Positions 24,401-35,350 of a stretch of 64,000 bases of DNA are shown piece after piece. Position numbers and translations under genes: made by a program. The stretch is from Pristiophorus japonicus (Eukaryota): assembly GCF_044704955.1 (NCBI RefSeq), contig NC_091985.1:64356001-64420000 (forward strand). The letters are read 5' to 3'. The notes beneath the pieces are model-generated. The model had not been told where the DNA came from, searched no databases, and saw nothing but the letters and a program-made list of their open reading frames with translations. Each line of letters begins with the position of its first letter. Within the stretch, counting starts at the first letter, position 1.

Positions 24401-27400
24401 AGCCTTTTGAAAGTCCAAATACATCACATCCACTGGTTCTCCCTTATCCACTCTATTAGCTACATCCTCAAAAAATTCTCGAAGATTTGTCAAGCATGAT
24501 TTCCCTTTCATAAATCCATGCTGACTTGGACTGATCCTGTCACTGCTTTCCCAATGCGCTGCTATTACATCTTTAATAATTGATTCCATGATTTTCTCCA
24601 CCACCGATGTCAGGCTAACCGGTCTATAATTCCCTGTTTTCTCTCTCCCTCCTTTTTTAAAAAGTGGAGTTACATGATCTACCCTCCAATCCATAGGTAC
24701 TGATCCAGAATCCATGGAATTTTGGAAAATGACCACCAATGCATCTACTATTTTATTAGCCACTTCCTTAAGTACTCTGGGATGCAGACTATCAGGCCCT
24801 GGGGATTTATCGGCCTTCAGTCCCATCAGTTTCCCTAACACCATTTCCTGGCTAATAAGGATTTCCTTCAGTTCCTCCTTCTCGCTAGACCCTCGGTCCC
24901 CTAGTATTTTCGGGAGGTTATTCATGTCTTCCTTCGTGAAGACAGGACCAATGTATTTGTTCAATTGGTCTGCCATTTCCTTGTTCCCCATTATGAAGTC
25001 ACCTAATTCTGACTGCAAGGGATTTACATTAGTCTTCACTAATCTTTTTCTCTTCACATATCTATAGAAGCTTTTGCAGTCAGTTTTTATGTTCCCTGCA
25101 AGCTTACTCTCATACTCTATTTTCCCCCTCTATTTAAACCTTTAGTCCTCCGCTGCTGAATTCAAAATTTCTCCTCGTCCTCAGGTCTGCTGCTTTTTCT
25201 GGCCAATTTATATGCCTCTTCCTTGGATTTAACACTATCCCTAATTTCCCTTAGCCATGGTTGAGCCACCTTTCCTGTTTTATTTTTACATCAGACAGGG
25301 ATGTACAATAGTTGTAATTCATCCATGTAATCTTTAAATGTCTGCCATTGCCTATCCACCATCAACCCTTTAAGTATCATTCGCCAGTCTATCCTAGCCA
25401 AATCTCGTCTCATACCATCGAAGTTTCCTTTCTTTAAGTTCAGGACCCTAGTCTCTGAATTAACTGTGTCGCTCTCCATCTTAATGAAGAATTCTACCAT
25501 ATTATGGTCACTCTTCCCCAAGGGACCACGCACGATCAGATTGCTAATTAATCCTCTCTCGTTACACAAGACCCAGTCTAGGATGGCTTGCTCTCTAGCT
25601 GGTTCCTCGACACATTGGTCGAGAAAACCAACCCTTATATACTCCAGGAATTCCTCCTCCACAGTATTGCTACCAGTTTGGTTAGCCCAATCTATATGCA
25701 GGTTAAAGTCACCCATGATAACTGCTGTACCCTTATTGCACACATCCCTAATTTCCTGTTTGATGCCATCCCCAACCTCCCTACTACTGTTTGGTGGCCT
25801 GTACACAACTCCCATTAACGTTTTCTGCCCTATATTACAACAGTGACTACACTTCAAATAGTACTTCATTGGCTGTAAAGCACTTTGGGACATCCAGTGG
25901 TCGTGAAAGGGGGAAGGCAGATTGTAATTTACTGTACCACTCAGTTCACCACTACTGTATTATAAAAATGTCCTTACCCACGCATCTTTATTCCACATAC
26001 CATTAGGAATGAGCACATGGACCATGCACTCTTGGGGATTCTAAACAGGAGCTTGCTAAATAGCTTGTTGGCCGAGCTTGATGCTTCCTTACAGTTATGT
26101 AGCTAGAATCATAGAATGGTTACAGCACAGAAGGCGGCCATTTGGCCCGTCGAGCCCGTGCCGACTCTCAGCTAGTTCCACATCCCTGCCCTTTCTCCGT
26201 AGCCCTGCAATTTTTTTTCCTTCAGATACTTATCCAGCTCCCTTTTGAAAGATAAGATTGAGTCTGCTTCCCCACCACCCCTTCAGGCAGTTCATTCCAG
26301 ATCCCAACTACTCACTGCGTAAAAAAAAGTTTTTCTTGCATTGCCTTTGTTTTTTTTGCCAAACACCTTAAATCTGTGTCCTCTGGTTCCTGACCTTTCC
26401 GTCAATGGGAATAGTTTCTCTCTATCTACTCTGTCCAGACCCCTCATTTTTTTTTAACATCTCTATTAAATCTCCTCTCAATCTTCTCTGTTCTAAGGAG
26501 AACAACCCCAGCTTCTCCAGTCCATCAACTCAGATAAATAACTCAGCAGCCTGAGGATTAAGCCATTTTGTGACAGCAAGTGTCACAATCATAAAATGTA
26601 TACATAACTGATCCATCTCAAAAGAGACAGAATGAGCCAGGTGTTGCATGGAATGTGGAGGACATTTTCATTCCGAATAATAGGTAGGTTATTTCCCTTT
26701 ACTTTTAGTGTCATCCAGATTTTACACAGCCCAGTCAACCTATGATGAAAATTATTCAGATGTATAGTAGGGGGAGAATTTCTGTGGGGTTTGCCAAATC
26801 TCATGCTAGAACTTTGGCAGAAGGTCGGTGGAAACCCTGAAGAAATAGCGTACTTGGCCATTTTTAGCCATTTACTGCTTTTCTTCATGGGTTCCACTGA
26901 TCACCCCACCAGAGAATCCTCATAGAAACTCTAGATGCATCTGTTTTGTTTGCTTTATTCTAGGCTTGTACTTTTTTCTAGTTTTCTCCACACTCTCTTA
27001 TAGAACATACAATTGCAGCAACACTGAAAGCAGTCGTTTTGATATTTATACGCATCTGACACATTGCATTGGTAAAGTGAATGGGCTCAAATTTCCCCAG
27101 GAATTGCTGGTTTTTTTTTTGGAGCAACTTGATTTTTCTAGAGTATCTTTTTAGTTGCAATTCTGGCCATTTAATTTGCACCAGTGTAAGTGAGTTCGTT
27201 AGGTTTTTTTTCTAGTTTAGTTTTTTTTTCAAAAGGGGGCATTACCAGCCACTTACACTTGTTTTGGCCATTTAAGCAAGTTTAGCCAGCTAAAAGTTAC
27301 TCCAAACTAACTTAGGCCAGTGTAATTGGGCACTCTTGTACATTCAGAAAAACCTTGCGGTGACTTAAGAAATCAGCGCAGGAAGCCAGAGATAGAGGGG

Positions 27401-30400
27401 GGAAGGAGACCTTGCAAAGCACTAAACACCTTCACAACAACATTAAAGAAGCATAAATACATTTAAAGCACCAAGCACTAAACAAAGCAGTACATTTGCA
27501 CCAAGTTCTAAACAAAGCACAAAAAGTAATAAGCAATGAATTAACAAATAAAAAATAGAAGGAATCCTGCACCTAAAGCACCAAGATCAAAGTAATAAGC
27601 AATCAATCAATCAGTAAATAACAAATAAAAAATAGAAGTCCTACCTTGGGGAATGCCGATGAGGGAGCCCATTCAGCCAGGGATAGGGACGGCGTGCTTC
27701 GGGCCCCTCCCACAAAGCCTGCAGCGCGCACTCTCAGATTCGGCCTGCCAGGAGCTACTGCACACGCGCGCAGACTCTAGCGCGAATGTGCAGAGGTCCC
27801 GGCACTGTTTTCAACGCCGGGACCTGGCTCTGCCCCCAATCCACTGGGCTATGCTACGCCACCACCAAGGAGAGGCTGGGGAACGGCCAGAATCAGGAGG
27901 AAGATTTTCGGTACTGTTGCACGCGGACAAAAGCGGTGCACCTCGGGTGAGGGCGCCAGAAAAAAGGGTTGGGGAAATTTGAGCCCATAAACACTAAAAT
28001 CGATGTCCTGTGGTTTAAAGTAACATTTTGTGAAGTTAATTAGCATTTTTTTAATAAAACTTTTCTAGGTATGAGCCTGCAAAGAAAATTGATAGAATGA
28101 CACTTCTCAAATCTATTCACATTTTCAAGAAGCACAGAGTTCAGTATGAGATGAGAACCCACTACAGATGTATAGAGGCAAGTAAAAGGCATGGTAGATC
28201 TCTTACTATAAACTTTCAGCTGCTAGATGCTAAACATTCGAACTTCAAATAATTTTGAACCATTAAATGAAGCTAAAGTGAAGGTCATTTTAATTATTAC
28301 ATTGCTTCCTATTTTTGCCCTTTATCTGCTCACTGTGATGTCAAGCAATTAGTAAATTGCCATAAACTTTGAGGACAAGGGTAAATTTGTTTTCTTTGCT
28401 CCTTATTAACCAAAGAAAATGTTTCTTCTTGATATGCATTGATTCGTGTAAGTACGGTGATCATGTGGCATGATATTCTGACAGGTTAACAAAATTTTAA
28501 ATGTATTTTGTTTCACAAACCCATTGTATAGAATTACTTCGCTGGTAAATAGTCAGCTTTATTCTTGTCTCATTGGGAGTCAGCCAAACAGCTGGACATT
28601 CTAATCATAGTCCCAGTGTGAAATATGCTGGTAGTAGGTATATGGGAAGGCAATCTGACATCTGTCACTTAGATTATCTGCAGCTTGTGATATAACTCTG
28701 ACTATCCAGCCTTTTAATATCAAGCATAACCAAAATTTCATTTTTCTCCAGCAGATGAAACCCTTTATGTTCTGTCAAATCCTCTTTGATTTTATAATAC
28801 CATTGGCCCAAGTTTCCACATGATTTGCGCCTGATTTTTAGGAGCAACTGGTGGAGAACGGACTATCTTAGAAATCGCAATTCTCCACATTTTTTTTTCT
28901 GCAGTTCTAGTCAGGTAGAACAGTTCTACTTTGGAACAGAATTTTTTCTTCAAAAGGTGGCGTGTCCGGCCACTGACGCCTGATTTGAAAGTTTCCACAG
29001 TGAAAACGTACTCCAAACTAAAGTAGAATGGAGCAAGTGAAGATTTTTGTAGAATTGAAAAAACCTGTTCTACACATTAAAAAATCAGGCGCAGGTTACA
29101 AATTAGGCATCCAGAACGAGGTGGAGGGGGGAAGGGAAGTCATTAAATTCTATAATAAATCCTTATTTATACTTATACAAATATTATACAAATAAATCCA
29201 ACCTGAATAAACATTTATAAGCAAAGAAAAGATTAAATAAACCATCTTCCTACCTCTGAAAGTGCTTCAGCCAGGGAGAATTCTGCAGCTGTTCGTGCCG
29301 CTGAGCGGGAGGGGGGGGGCAGAAAAAGCCGTTCGTGCCGCTGAGCGGGGGGGGGGGGGGGGGGGCGAGGAGAAAGCGGTTTGTTGTTGTGGAGGGGAGG
29401 GAGGGGAAGGAGACAGCGGTTTGTTGCCGCGGAGGGGAGGGAGGGGAAGGAGACAGCAGCTTGTTGCCGTGGAGAGAGGGGAGGGAGGGGAAGGAGACAG
29501 CGGCTTGTTGCCGTGGAGGGAGGGGAGGGAGGGGAAGGAGACAGCGGCTTGTTGCCGTGGAGAGAGGGGAGGGAGACAGCGGCTTGTTGCCGCGCAGTGG
29601 AGGGGAGGGAGGGGAAGGAGACAGCGGTTTGTTGCCGCGGAGGGGAGGGAGGGGAAGGAGACAGCGGCTTGTTGCCGTGGAGGGAGGGGAGGGAGGGGAA
29701 GGAGACAGCGGCTTGTTGCCGTGGAGGGGAGGGAGGGGAAGGAGAGAGCCGTTTGTTGCCGCGGAGGGGAGGGAGGGGAAGGAGACAGTGAGAAGGGTCG
29801 CCTCAGTGCTGATGTGCTGATGGCAATGTGATTTTATTAAAAAATGTTCAAAAATTAAACAGCTACAAAGAACTACAAAAATGGCCGAGTGCCAATGTTT
29901 TTTTTCACACTGAGCATGCGCAAACACTCCAACGCGCACGCGCAGCGTTGCCGGCAGGAAAAAAACTAATTTAAATAGTACCCGCCCCCTCCCACTTACA
30001 AAATCGGCGCGAGTGTAGGCTCCGCCCCCCTGTCGAGAATAGCGCGTTTTTTTTCTGGCGCGAAAAACGGGCGCCCAGCTCGGAGGGGCGCCCGTTTTTT
30101 ATCCTGTGGAAACTTGGGCCCCATATACCTACAGCAGACAACAGAACAGGCAATTTACTTCCAAATCTTTGCAATTGTCAGTTTTCAATCAACTGTTATG
30201 GTGTGTAACAGCAGGCCAGCAAAAAAAACTTCTTCCAAGTTTTTCTCCTCTTTTTGGGGAGACTGCCAGCCTGTGTATAGCTGAGTGGAAATTAAGTAGA
30301 GTAGGGTATGCCATGTGTTGATGCTCCAAAGTACATCCTACAAATGTATTTTACTACTACAATCTACTTTCTTTTTGCCTATTTCCTTCCCAGGTCTAAT

Positions 30401-30949
30401 GATCAAAATTTTCTGCCTTTTGTTAATGAATTGTATTTACTTCTGTAGCTATTCTTGGAATAGTAGTTGGTTTGTACAGGGAGTACTGCTGATTGATGAG
30501 CTGTCCCCAACAGCAGTCATTTTACAAATCCTCATAATGAAAGAGAAAGAAAAAACACTTTTTACTGGTGCATTCATTTTTTGTGAAATACAACTGAATT
30601 GTTAAATAGAAATATAGGACAGTTTTGAAGCCTGTGCTTGTGTGTGATTGAAGAATTCTGGCTTACTTTTAATACTGTTGCTGTTCTCTGCCAGCTCAAA
30701 TATCTGACTGGAAGCACTGCTGATGTGTACTTGGAATATATCCAGCGCAATCTTCCAGAAGGGGTCGCTATGGAGGTGACCAAGGTCAGTCTTGTATTGG
30801 TACTGGTACAATTTTTCTGATTGTCATGCATGTCTGTAATTTATAAAACTTTTCTGCCTTTTCAGACAATGTTAGAAAAACTACCTGACCACATTAAAGA
30901 ACCTGTTTGGAACACACATTCTTCTAAAGATGAAGGCAAACCAAACTGA
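6397..30949 (+). CDS. MRPS10: Mitochondrial small ribosomal subunit protein S10 (uS10m), 202 aa; join(6397..6450,8386..8444,17519..17591,21405..21544,28069..28177,30695..30784,30866..30949)
   Basis: Spliced translation contains [53 protein letters not shown] and [27 protein letters not shown], closely matching vertebrate MRPS10. Exon lengths 54+59+73+140+109+90+84=609 nt keep the frame from ATG to TGA. Confidence 0.96.
6635..7310 (-). mobile_element. Old degenerate CR1 fragments
   Basis: Remnant RT motifs (reverse complement of DVVYVDFQK near 7165-7195 and LEYCVPFW near 6685-6710). Confidence 0.6.
8386..8444 (+). CDS. MRPS10: MRPS10 coding exon 2
   Basis: tttcag acceptor and TG|GTAAGT donor; 59 nt open frame whose phase fits exons 1 and 3. 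Confidence 0.78.
8690..9051 (+). mobile_element. CR1 3' end; target of the Gypsy insertion
   Basis: Encodes [16 protein letters not shown]; CR1 3' UTR with TTCTTATG tail. Confidence 0.88.
9052..9261 (-). repeat. Gypsy 3' LTR
   Basis: Direct repeat of 14386-14596; preceded on - by the purine tract GGGGGAGTGA. Confidence 0.93.
10032..12894 (-). mobile_element. Young CR1 LINE (near-complete ORF2, frameshifted) nested in the Gypsy integrase
   Basis: Near-identical to 950-3831 in the opposite orientation; TTTCTATG tail at 10032. Confidence 0.96.
14373..14383 (-). other. Primer-binding site TGGCGACGAGG, complementary to the 3' end of tRNA-Ser(GCU)
   Basis: Lies 2 nt after the 5' LTR; vertebrate tRNA-Ser(GCU) ends in ...CCUCGUCG-CCA. 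Confidence 0.75.
14386..14596 (-). repeat. Gypsy 5' LTR
   Basis: Direct repeat of 9052-9261; followed on - by the PBS. Confidence 0.93.
15115..15720 (-). mobile_element. L2-clade LINE 3' fragment
   Basis: Encodes [14 protein letters not shown]...IQNPAARIL...; GGCGCTATATAAAT 3' end with a (TTG)-like tail. Confidence 0.8.
15738..16151 (+). mobile_element. tRNA-derived SINE inserted in the L2 fragment
   Basis: A-box-like GCATAGTGG, B-box-like GCTCAAATCC, GAATGAATAAAAAAA tail; related reverse copy near 35385-35745. Confidence 0.7.
16152..16385 (-). mobile_element. L2 LINE fragment (continuation)
   Basis: Encodes [23 protein letters not shown]...[11 protein letters not shown]. Confidence 0.75.
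16975..17413 (+). mobile_element. Deu-domain tRNA SINE (SacSINE1-like)
   Basis: GGTTCAAGTCC B box, central CAGTGCAGGACTGAAGGAGTGCTGCATTGT domain, L2-type GAAAGGTGCTATGTAAAT tail; family name from memory. Confidence 0.72.
17519..17591 (+). CDS. MRPS10: MRPS10 coding exon 3
   Basis: tttaacag acceptor (NAGNAG) and TTG|GTAAGG donor; 73 nt restores phase 0. Confidence 0.8.
17735..18243 (+). mobile_element. L2 LINE 3' end
   Basis: Encodes [24 protein letters not shown]; GGCGCTATATAAATACAAG(TTG)n tail. Confidence 0.85.
18982..20647. mobile_element. PIF/Harbinger DNA transposon derivative carrying a Myb/SANT-like protein remnant (-)
   Basis: Imperfect TIRs GGGGGGAATTTT / AAAATCCAGCCC; TAA on both flanks; [33 protein letters not shown] is the Harbinger Myb/SANT signature. 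Confidence 0.82.
20810..21195 (+). mobile_element. Deu-domain tRNA SINE
   Basis: Same organisation as 16975-17413. Confidence 0.7.
21405..21544 (+). CDS. MRPS10: MRPS10 coding exon 4
   Basis: Encodes [46 protein letters not shown]; gcag acceptor and GTAAGT donor. Confidence 0.95.
21723..25830 (-). mobile_element. CR1 LINE (TTTCTATG family) inserted in a SINE and itself split by another CR1
   Basis: ORF2 segments 21723-22545 and 24064-25830 are contiguous once the + insert is removed; SINE halves lie at about 21630-21722 and 25831-25910. Confidence 0.92.
22541..24063 (+). mobile_element. CR1 LINE (TTCTTATG family), 5'-truncated, nested in antisense orientation
   Basis: RT motifs [19 protein letters not shown]; tail TTCTTATGTTCTTA. 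Confidence 0.94.
26105..26525 (-). mobile_element. CR1 3' fragment with ATTCTATG tail
   Basis: agaatcatagaat terminus on + followed by the CR1 3' UTR and ORF2 end. Confidence 0.8.
27083..27986. mobile_element. Non-autonomous PIF/Harbinger-like element (MITE)
   Basis: Perfect TIR GGGCTCAAATTTCCCC / GGGGAAATTTGAGCCC; no coding capacity; TSD unclear. Confidence 0.8.
28069..28177 (+). CDS. MRPS10: MRPS10 coding exon 5 (GC donor)
   Basis: Encodes [36 protein letters not shown]; ttttctag acceptor and GAG|GCAAGT donor. Confidence 0.95.
28804..30121. mobile_element. Non-autonomous PIF/Harbinger-like element with an internal minisatellite
   Basis: TIR (T/G)GGCCCAAGTTTCCACA / TGTGGAAACTTGGGCCC; 3-bp TSD CAT. 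Confidence 0.85.
29365..29790 (+). repeat. G-rich minisatellite, unit about 40 bp (GGAGGGGAGGGAGGGGAAGGAGACAGCGGCTTGTTGCCGT), about 10 copies
   Basis: Tandem units visible directly; units differ in the number of GAGGG subunits. Confidence 0.95.
30695..30784 (+). CDS. MRPS10: MRPS10 coding exon 6
   Basis: Encodes [30 protein letters not shown]; ccag acceptor and GTCAGT donor. Confidence 0.96.
30866..30949 (+). CDS. MRPS10: MRPS10 coding exon 7 (terminal)
   Basis: Encodes [27 protein letters not shown]; follows an 81-nt intron ending ttttcag. Confidence 0.94.
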   Translation, partial: TMLEKLPDHIKEPVWNTHSSKDEGKPN

Positions 30950-31014
30950 TAAAGGCAATGGACATTTTGCTGTAACTGTTTCTGCTGTTCATTTTAAATT
31001 AAAATAGCTCACTA

Positions 31015-31020
31015 AATAAA
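31015..31020 (+). terminator. Candidate MRPS10 polyadenylation signal AATAAA (ATTAAA also at 30998-31003)
   Basis: Hexamer about 65 nt after the stop codon, followed by T/GT-rich sequence. Confidence 0.6.
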
Positions 31021-31323
31021 ATTCATTTGTCAAAATGCTTTACCTTTGTGTTAGATTATCCAGGCTGCATTTTATAAAACAGACTAAAAATAGTAACATA
31101 CCATTTTACTACTCTTGCAGACAGTGCCCTCAAATGTGCCAAAAATCAGGGTAAACTACTAAATAGAGCAAAAGGTGGAGCAATTAAACAGGAATATTTT
31201 TAATGGATTGGGAAATAATGAAACCTTTAGGCATTTGTCCAAATAACCTGAATTTGAGATGGTTAGAAATCAACAATCACAGCTGTTTGTATTTGGAGTT
31301 ACCTGGGCAATAGCAGGACTAGG

Positions 31324-34316
31324 TATAGAACACAAGAACTAGGAGCAGGAGTAGGCCATTTGGCTCCTCGAGCCTACTCCGCCATTCATTAAGATCATGG
31401 CTGATCTGATCATGGCCTCAACTCCACTTTCCTGCCTGCTCCCCATAACCCATGACGCCCCTATCGTTCAAAATACTGTCCATCTCTACCTTAAATATAT
31501 TCAAAGACCCAGCCTCAACAGCTCTCTGGGGTAGAGAATTGCAAAGATTCACGACCCTCAGAGAAGAAATTCCTTCTCATATCTGTTTTAAATGAGCGAC
31601 CCCTTATTCTGAAACTATGCCCCCTAGTTCTAGATTCCCCCACGAGGGGAAGCATTCTCTCTGCATCTACCCTGTCCAGCCCCCTCAGAATCTTAAGACG
31701 TTTCAATAAGATCAACTCTTATTCTTCTAAACTCCAATCAGTATAGGCCCAATCTGCTCAACCTTTCTTCATAAGACAATCCCTTCATCTTAGGAATCAA
31801 CCTAGTGAACCTTCTGAACTGTCTCCAACGCAAGTATATTCCTCCTTAAATGAGACCAAACTGTACACGGTACAGCAGGCGTGGTCTCACCCAACGCCCT
31901 GTACAGTTGTAGCAAGACTTCCCTACTTTTATACTCCATCCCCCTTGCAATAAAGGCCAACATTCCATTTGCCTTCCTAATTACTTGCTGTACCTGCATG
32001 TTAACTTTGTGTTTCATGTATAAGGACCCCCAGATCCCTCTGTACTGCAACATTTTGTGGTCTCTCGATTTAAGTAATAATTTGCTTTTTTATTCCTACC
32101 AAAGTGGATAACCTCACATTTTTCCACATTATACTCCATCTGACAAATGTTTTCCCACTCACTTACCTATCTGTATCCCTTTTGCAGATTCTTTGTGTCC
32201 TCTTCACAATTTGCTATCCCACCTATTTTTGTATCATCAGCAAATTTAGCTACATTACACTCGGTCCCTTCATCTAAGTCATTAATATAGATTGTAAATA
32301 GTTCGAAGCCCCAGCACTGATCCCTGTGGCACCCCGCTAGCTAGTTTGCCAACCTGAAAATTAGCCATTTATCCCGACACTCTGTTTACTGTTAGTTGGC
32401 CAATCCTCTATCCATGCTAATATATTACCTCAACCCTGTGAGTTCTTGTGCAGTAACCTTTTATGTAGCACCTTATTGAAGGCCTTCTGGAAATCTATAT
32501 ACACTACATTTACTGGTTCTACTTTATTCACCCTGCTCATTACATCCTCAAAGAACTCAAGGAAATTGGTCAAACATGATTTCCTTTTCATAAAACCTTG
32601 CTGACTCTGCTTGATTGTATTATGATTTTCTAAATGTCCTGCCACTACTTCCTTAATAATGGACTCCAGTATTTTCCCAATGGCAGATGTTAGGTTAACT
32701 GGTCTATAGTTTCCTGCTTTCTGTCTCCCTCCTTTCTTGAATAGGGGCATTACATTTGTCGTTTTCCAATCCGCTGGAACCTCTCCAGAATCCAGGGAAT
32801 TTTGGTAGATTACTATCAATGCATCCACTATCTCTGCTGCCACTTCTTTTAAGACCCTAGGATGCAGGCCATTAGGTCCAGGGGACATGTACTTCCTTAA
32901 TCCCATTAGTTTGCCTAGTACTTTTTCTCTCGTGATGGTGATTGTTTTAAGTTTCCCCTCTCCCTATAGCCCTCTGATTATCTATTATTATTGGGATGCT
33001 TTTAGTGTCTTCTACCGTAAGACCAATAAAAAATATTTCTTCAAAGTCTCTGCCGTTTCCCTGTTTCCCATTATTAATTCTCATCCTCTTAGGTACCAAC
33101 GTTTACTTTAGCTACTCTTCCTTTTTATATACCTGTAGAAGCTCTTACTGTCTATTTTTATATTTCTTGCTAGATTACTCTCATCTACTTTTTTTTAAGT
33201 CGTCCTTTGCTGATTTCTAAAAGATTTCCCAATCCTCTGACCTACCTCTAATCTTTGCAACATTATATGCCTTTGTTTTCAATTTGATACCATCCTTAAC
33301 TTCCTTAGTTAGCCATGGATGCTTCATCCTTTTCTTAAGTCATTTTTTCTTACTGGAATATATTGTTACTGAGTTATGAAATATCTCCTTAAATGTCTGC
33401 CACCACTTTTCTACCGTCTTACTCTTTAATCTAATTTACCAGTTCACATTAGCCAACTCTGCCTTCATTCCTTTGTAATTGCCTTTATTTAAGTTCAGGA
33501 CACTGGTTTGAGACCCAAGTTTCTCACCTTCAAACTGAATTTGAAATTCTAACATGCTATGATCACTCTTTCCTGGAGGATCCTTTACTATGAGATCATT
33601 AATTAATCCTGTCTCATTACACATTACCAGATCTAAAATAGTCTTATCCCTGGTTGATTCCACATCATATTGCTGTAAGAAACCATCCTGAATACACTCT
33701 ATGAATTTGTCCTCAAGACTACCTTTGCCAATTTGATTTGTCCAATGTATATGAAAATTAAAATCACCCATGATTATTGCCATAACTTTCTTACAAGCCT
33801 CCATTATTTCTTGATTTATACTCTGTCCTACAGTGTAGCTGTTAGGTGGCATTTAGACTATTCCCACCAGTGACTTATTTCTTATTATTTCTTATCTCAA
33901 CCCAAACTGATTCTACATCTTGATCTTCTGCGCCAATATAATTTCTTATCACTGCACTGATCTCATCCTTTCTGCCTATCCTTCCGAAATGTCAAATTCC
34001 CCTGAATATTCAGTTCCCAGCCTTGGTCACCTTGCAATCACGTTTCTAATGGCTATCGGATCATACCCATTTATTTCTATTTGTGCCATCAACTCATCTA
34101 TCTTGTTACGAATGCTGCGTGCATTCACAAAGAGCTTTTAATTTTGTCTTTTTACCATTTTTCCTTACTCTGACCCTTCTTTCTGGTGCACTCTTATGTT
34201 TATATCTCTGTCCCTTCCTGTCACACTCTGGTTATCATTACCCTGCACTATTTCCTTCTCCTTTCTCTGACTTTTTTAATTTCCCCTCACCTGAACCTCC
34301 CCCACCATATTTAGTA
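31324..34316 (-). mobile_element. Degenerate CR1 LINE ORF2 (near full ORF2 length)
   Basis: Fragmented endonuclease and RT ORFs (IIMGDFN, SDH, YIDFQKAF); CR1 3' UTR at 31324-31450. Confidence 0.9.
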
Positions 34317-34659
34317 TGAGGAATGGGAGAAATACTTGGGCTAAGCCAACCTTGCTGGTTGCTCCATGTGGTGCAGGTTGCTGCCATCATCAAAGGAAGT
34401 ATCATTGTTACAAAAGCAGAATTTTCACTTTGTGAAATAGGGAAAATTTCTGCCTTATCTCTAGTATATTATAAATCATAACTCGGGTTAATTGTTAATC
34501 CTGTGGTATGCAATCCAACTCTCACCTGGTTTTGGTTTGTAGGCGACTCAGCGTACTTATGCAAACTGACTTTTTGACATAAGCACAAGTGTTGGGAGAA
34601 AATTCAAACTGTATCAAAAGGGGTTAGGCAAACAATGAGGACTGCAAAGGATTCAGCAA

Positions 34660-35350
34660 TACTTAGACAATGCATTCAGGGAGGACAAGCAAAGAATGGG
34701 AGTATACATTCAGTGGGAAGATGCTAAAGGGTGTGGATTAGCAGAGACAGCTGGAGGCTCAAATACATAATTCCCTGAAGATGCAAGTACAAATAAAGCC
34801 ATAAAAAATGTCAATAGCATTTTGAATTTTCTAAATAGGGACATAGAGTACAAGACTAAAGAGGTATTGATAAATTTAAGCAAGGCAATGGCTAAGCCAA
34901 AGTTATAGTACCACAGGTATATGCAATTTTGGATGCAAATAGAAAGGACATTAAATCCATAAAAAGCATACCACATATATTCACCCAGGTGATGCTAGTG
35001 TTGGGAGGTTATAGTTATAAGACGATATTTGAGATTGGGACTATTTCCATCAGCAGAAAAGGTCAAGAAGAAACGTAACAGGGTTTTAAAATTATTAAGT
35101 GTTTTGATAGAATGAATGGGAAAAGATGATGGTTGGAGAATCAGTAACAAGGGCTCATCAATTTAAAATTGTCACTAAGAGTGAGGAGAGAGGTCAAGAT
35201 AAATGGCTTTATGGAGAGTTGGCACATGGAATGCTTTGCCACAGTGAGTGAATGGAAAATTGTATATTTGAAGCAGAGGAAGATGGAAGAGCAAGACAAT
35301 GGGAAGTCTTGAATCACTCTAGCAAAGAGTCAGCACACACATGATCAGTG
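34660..35350 (+). mobile_element. Old CR1 3' fragment
   Basis: Remnants resembling LNRDIEYKTKEVLINL and TRAHQFKI. Confidence 0.55.

Noticed and set aside
26770-26935. Possible additional small Harbinger MITE
   Set aside because: Inverted ends match only partially and no TSD is readable; too weak to call
29250-29939. Four overlapping long ORFs and a regularly repeated array (CRISPR-like at a glance)
   Set aside because: Head-to-tail minisatellite with no unique spacers, inside a MITE in a eukaryotic intron; the ORFs exist only because the repeat unit has no stop codons
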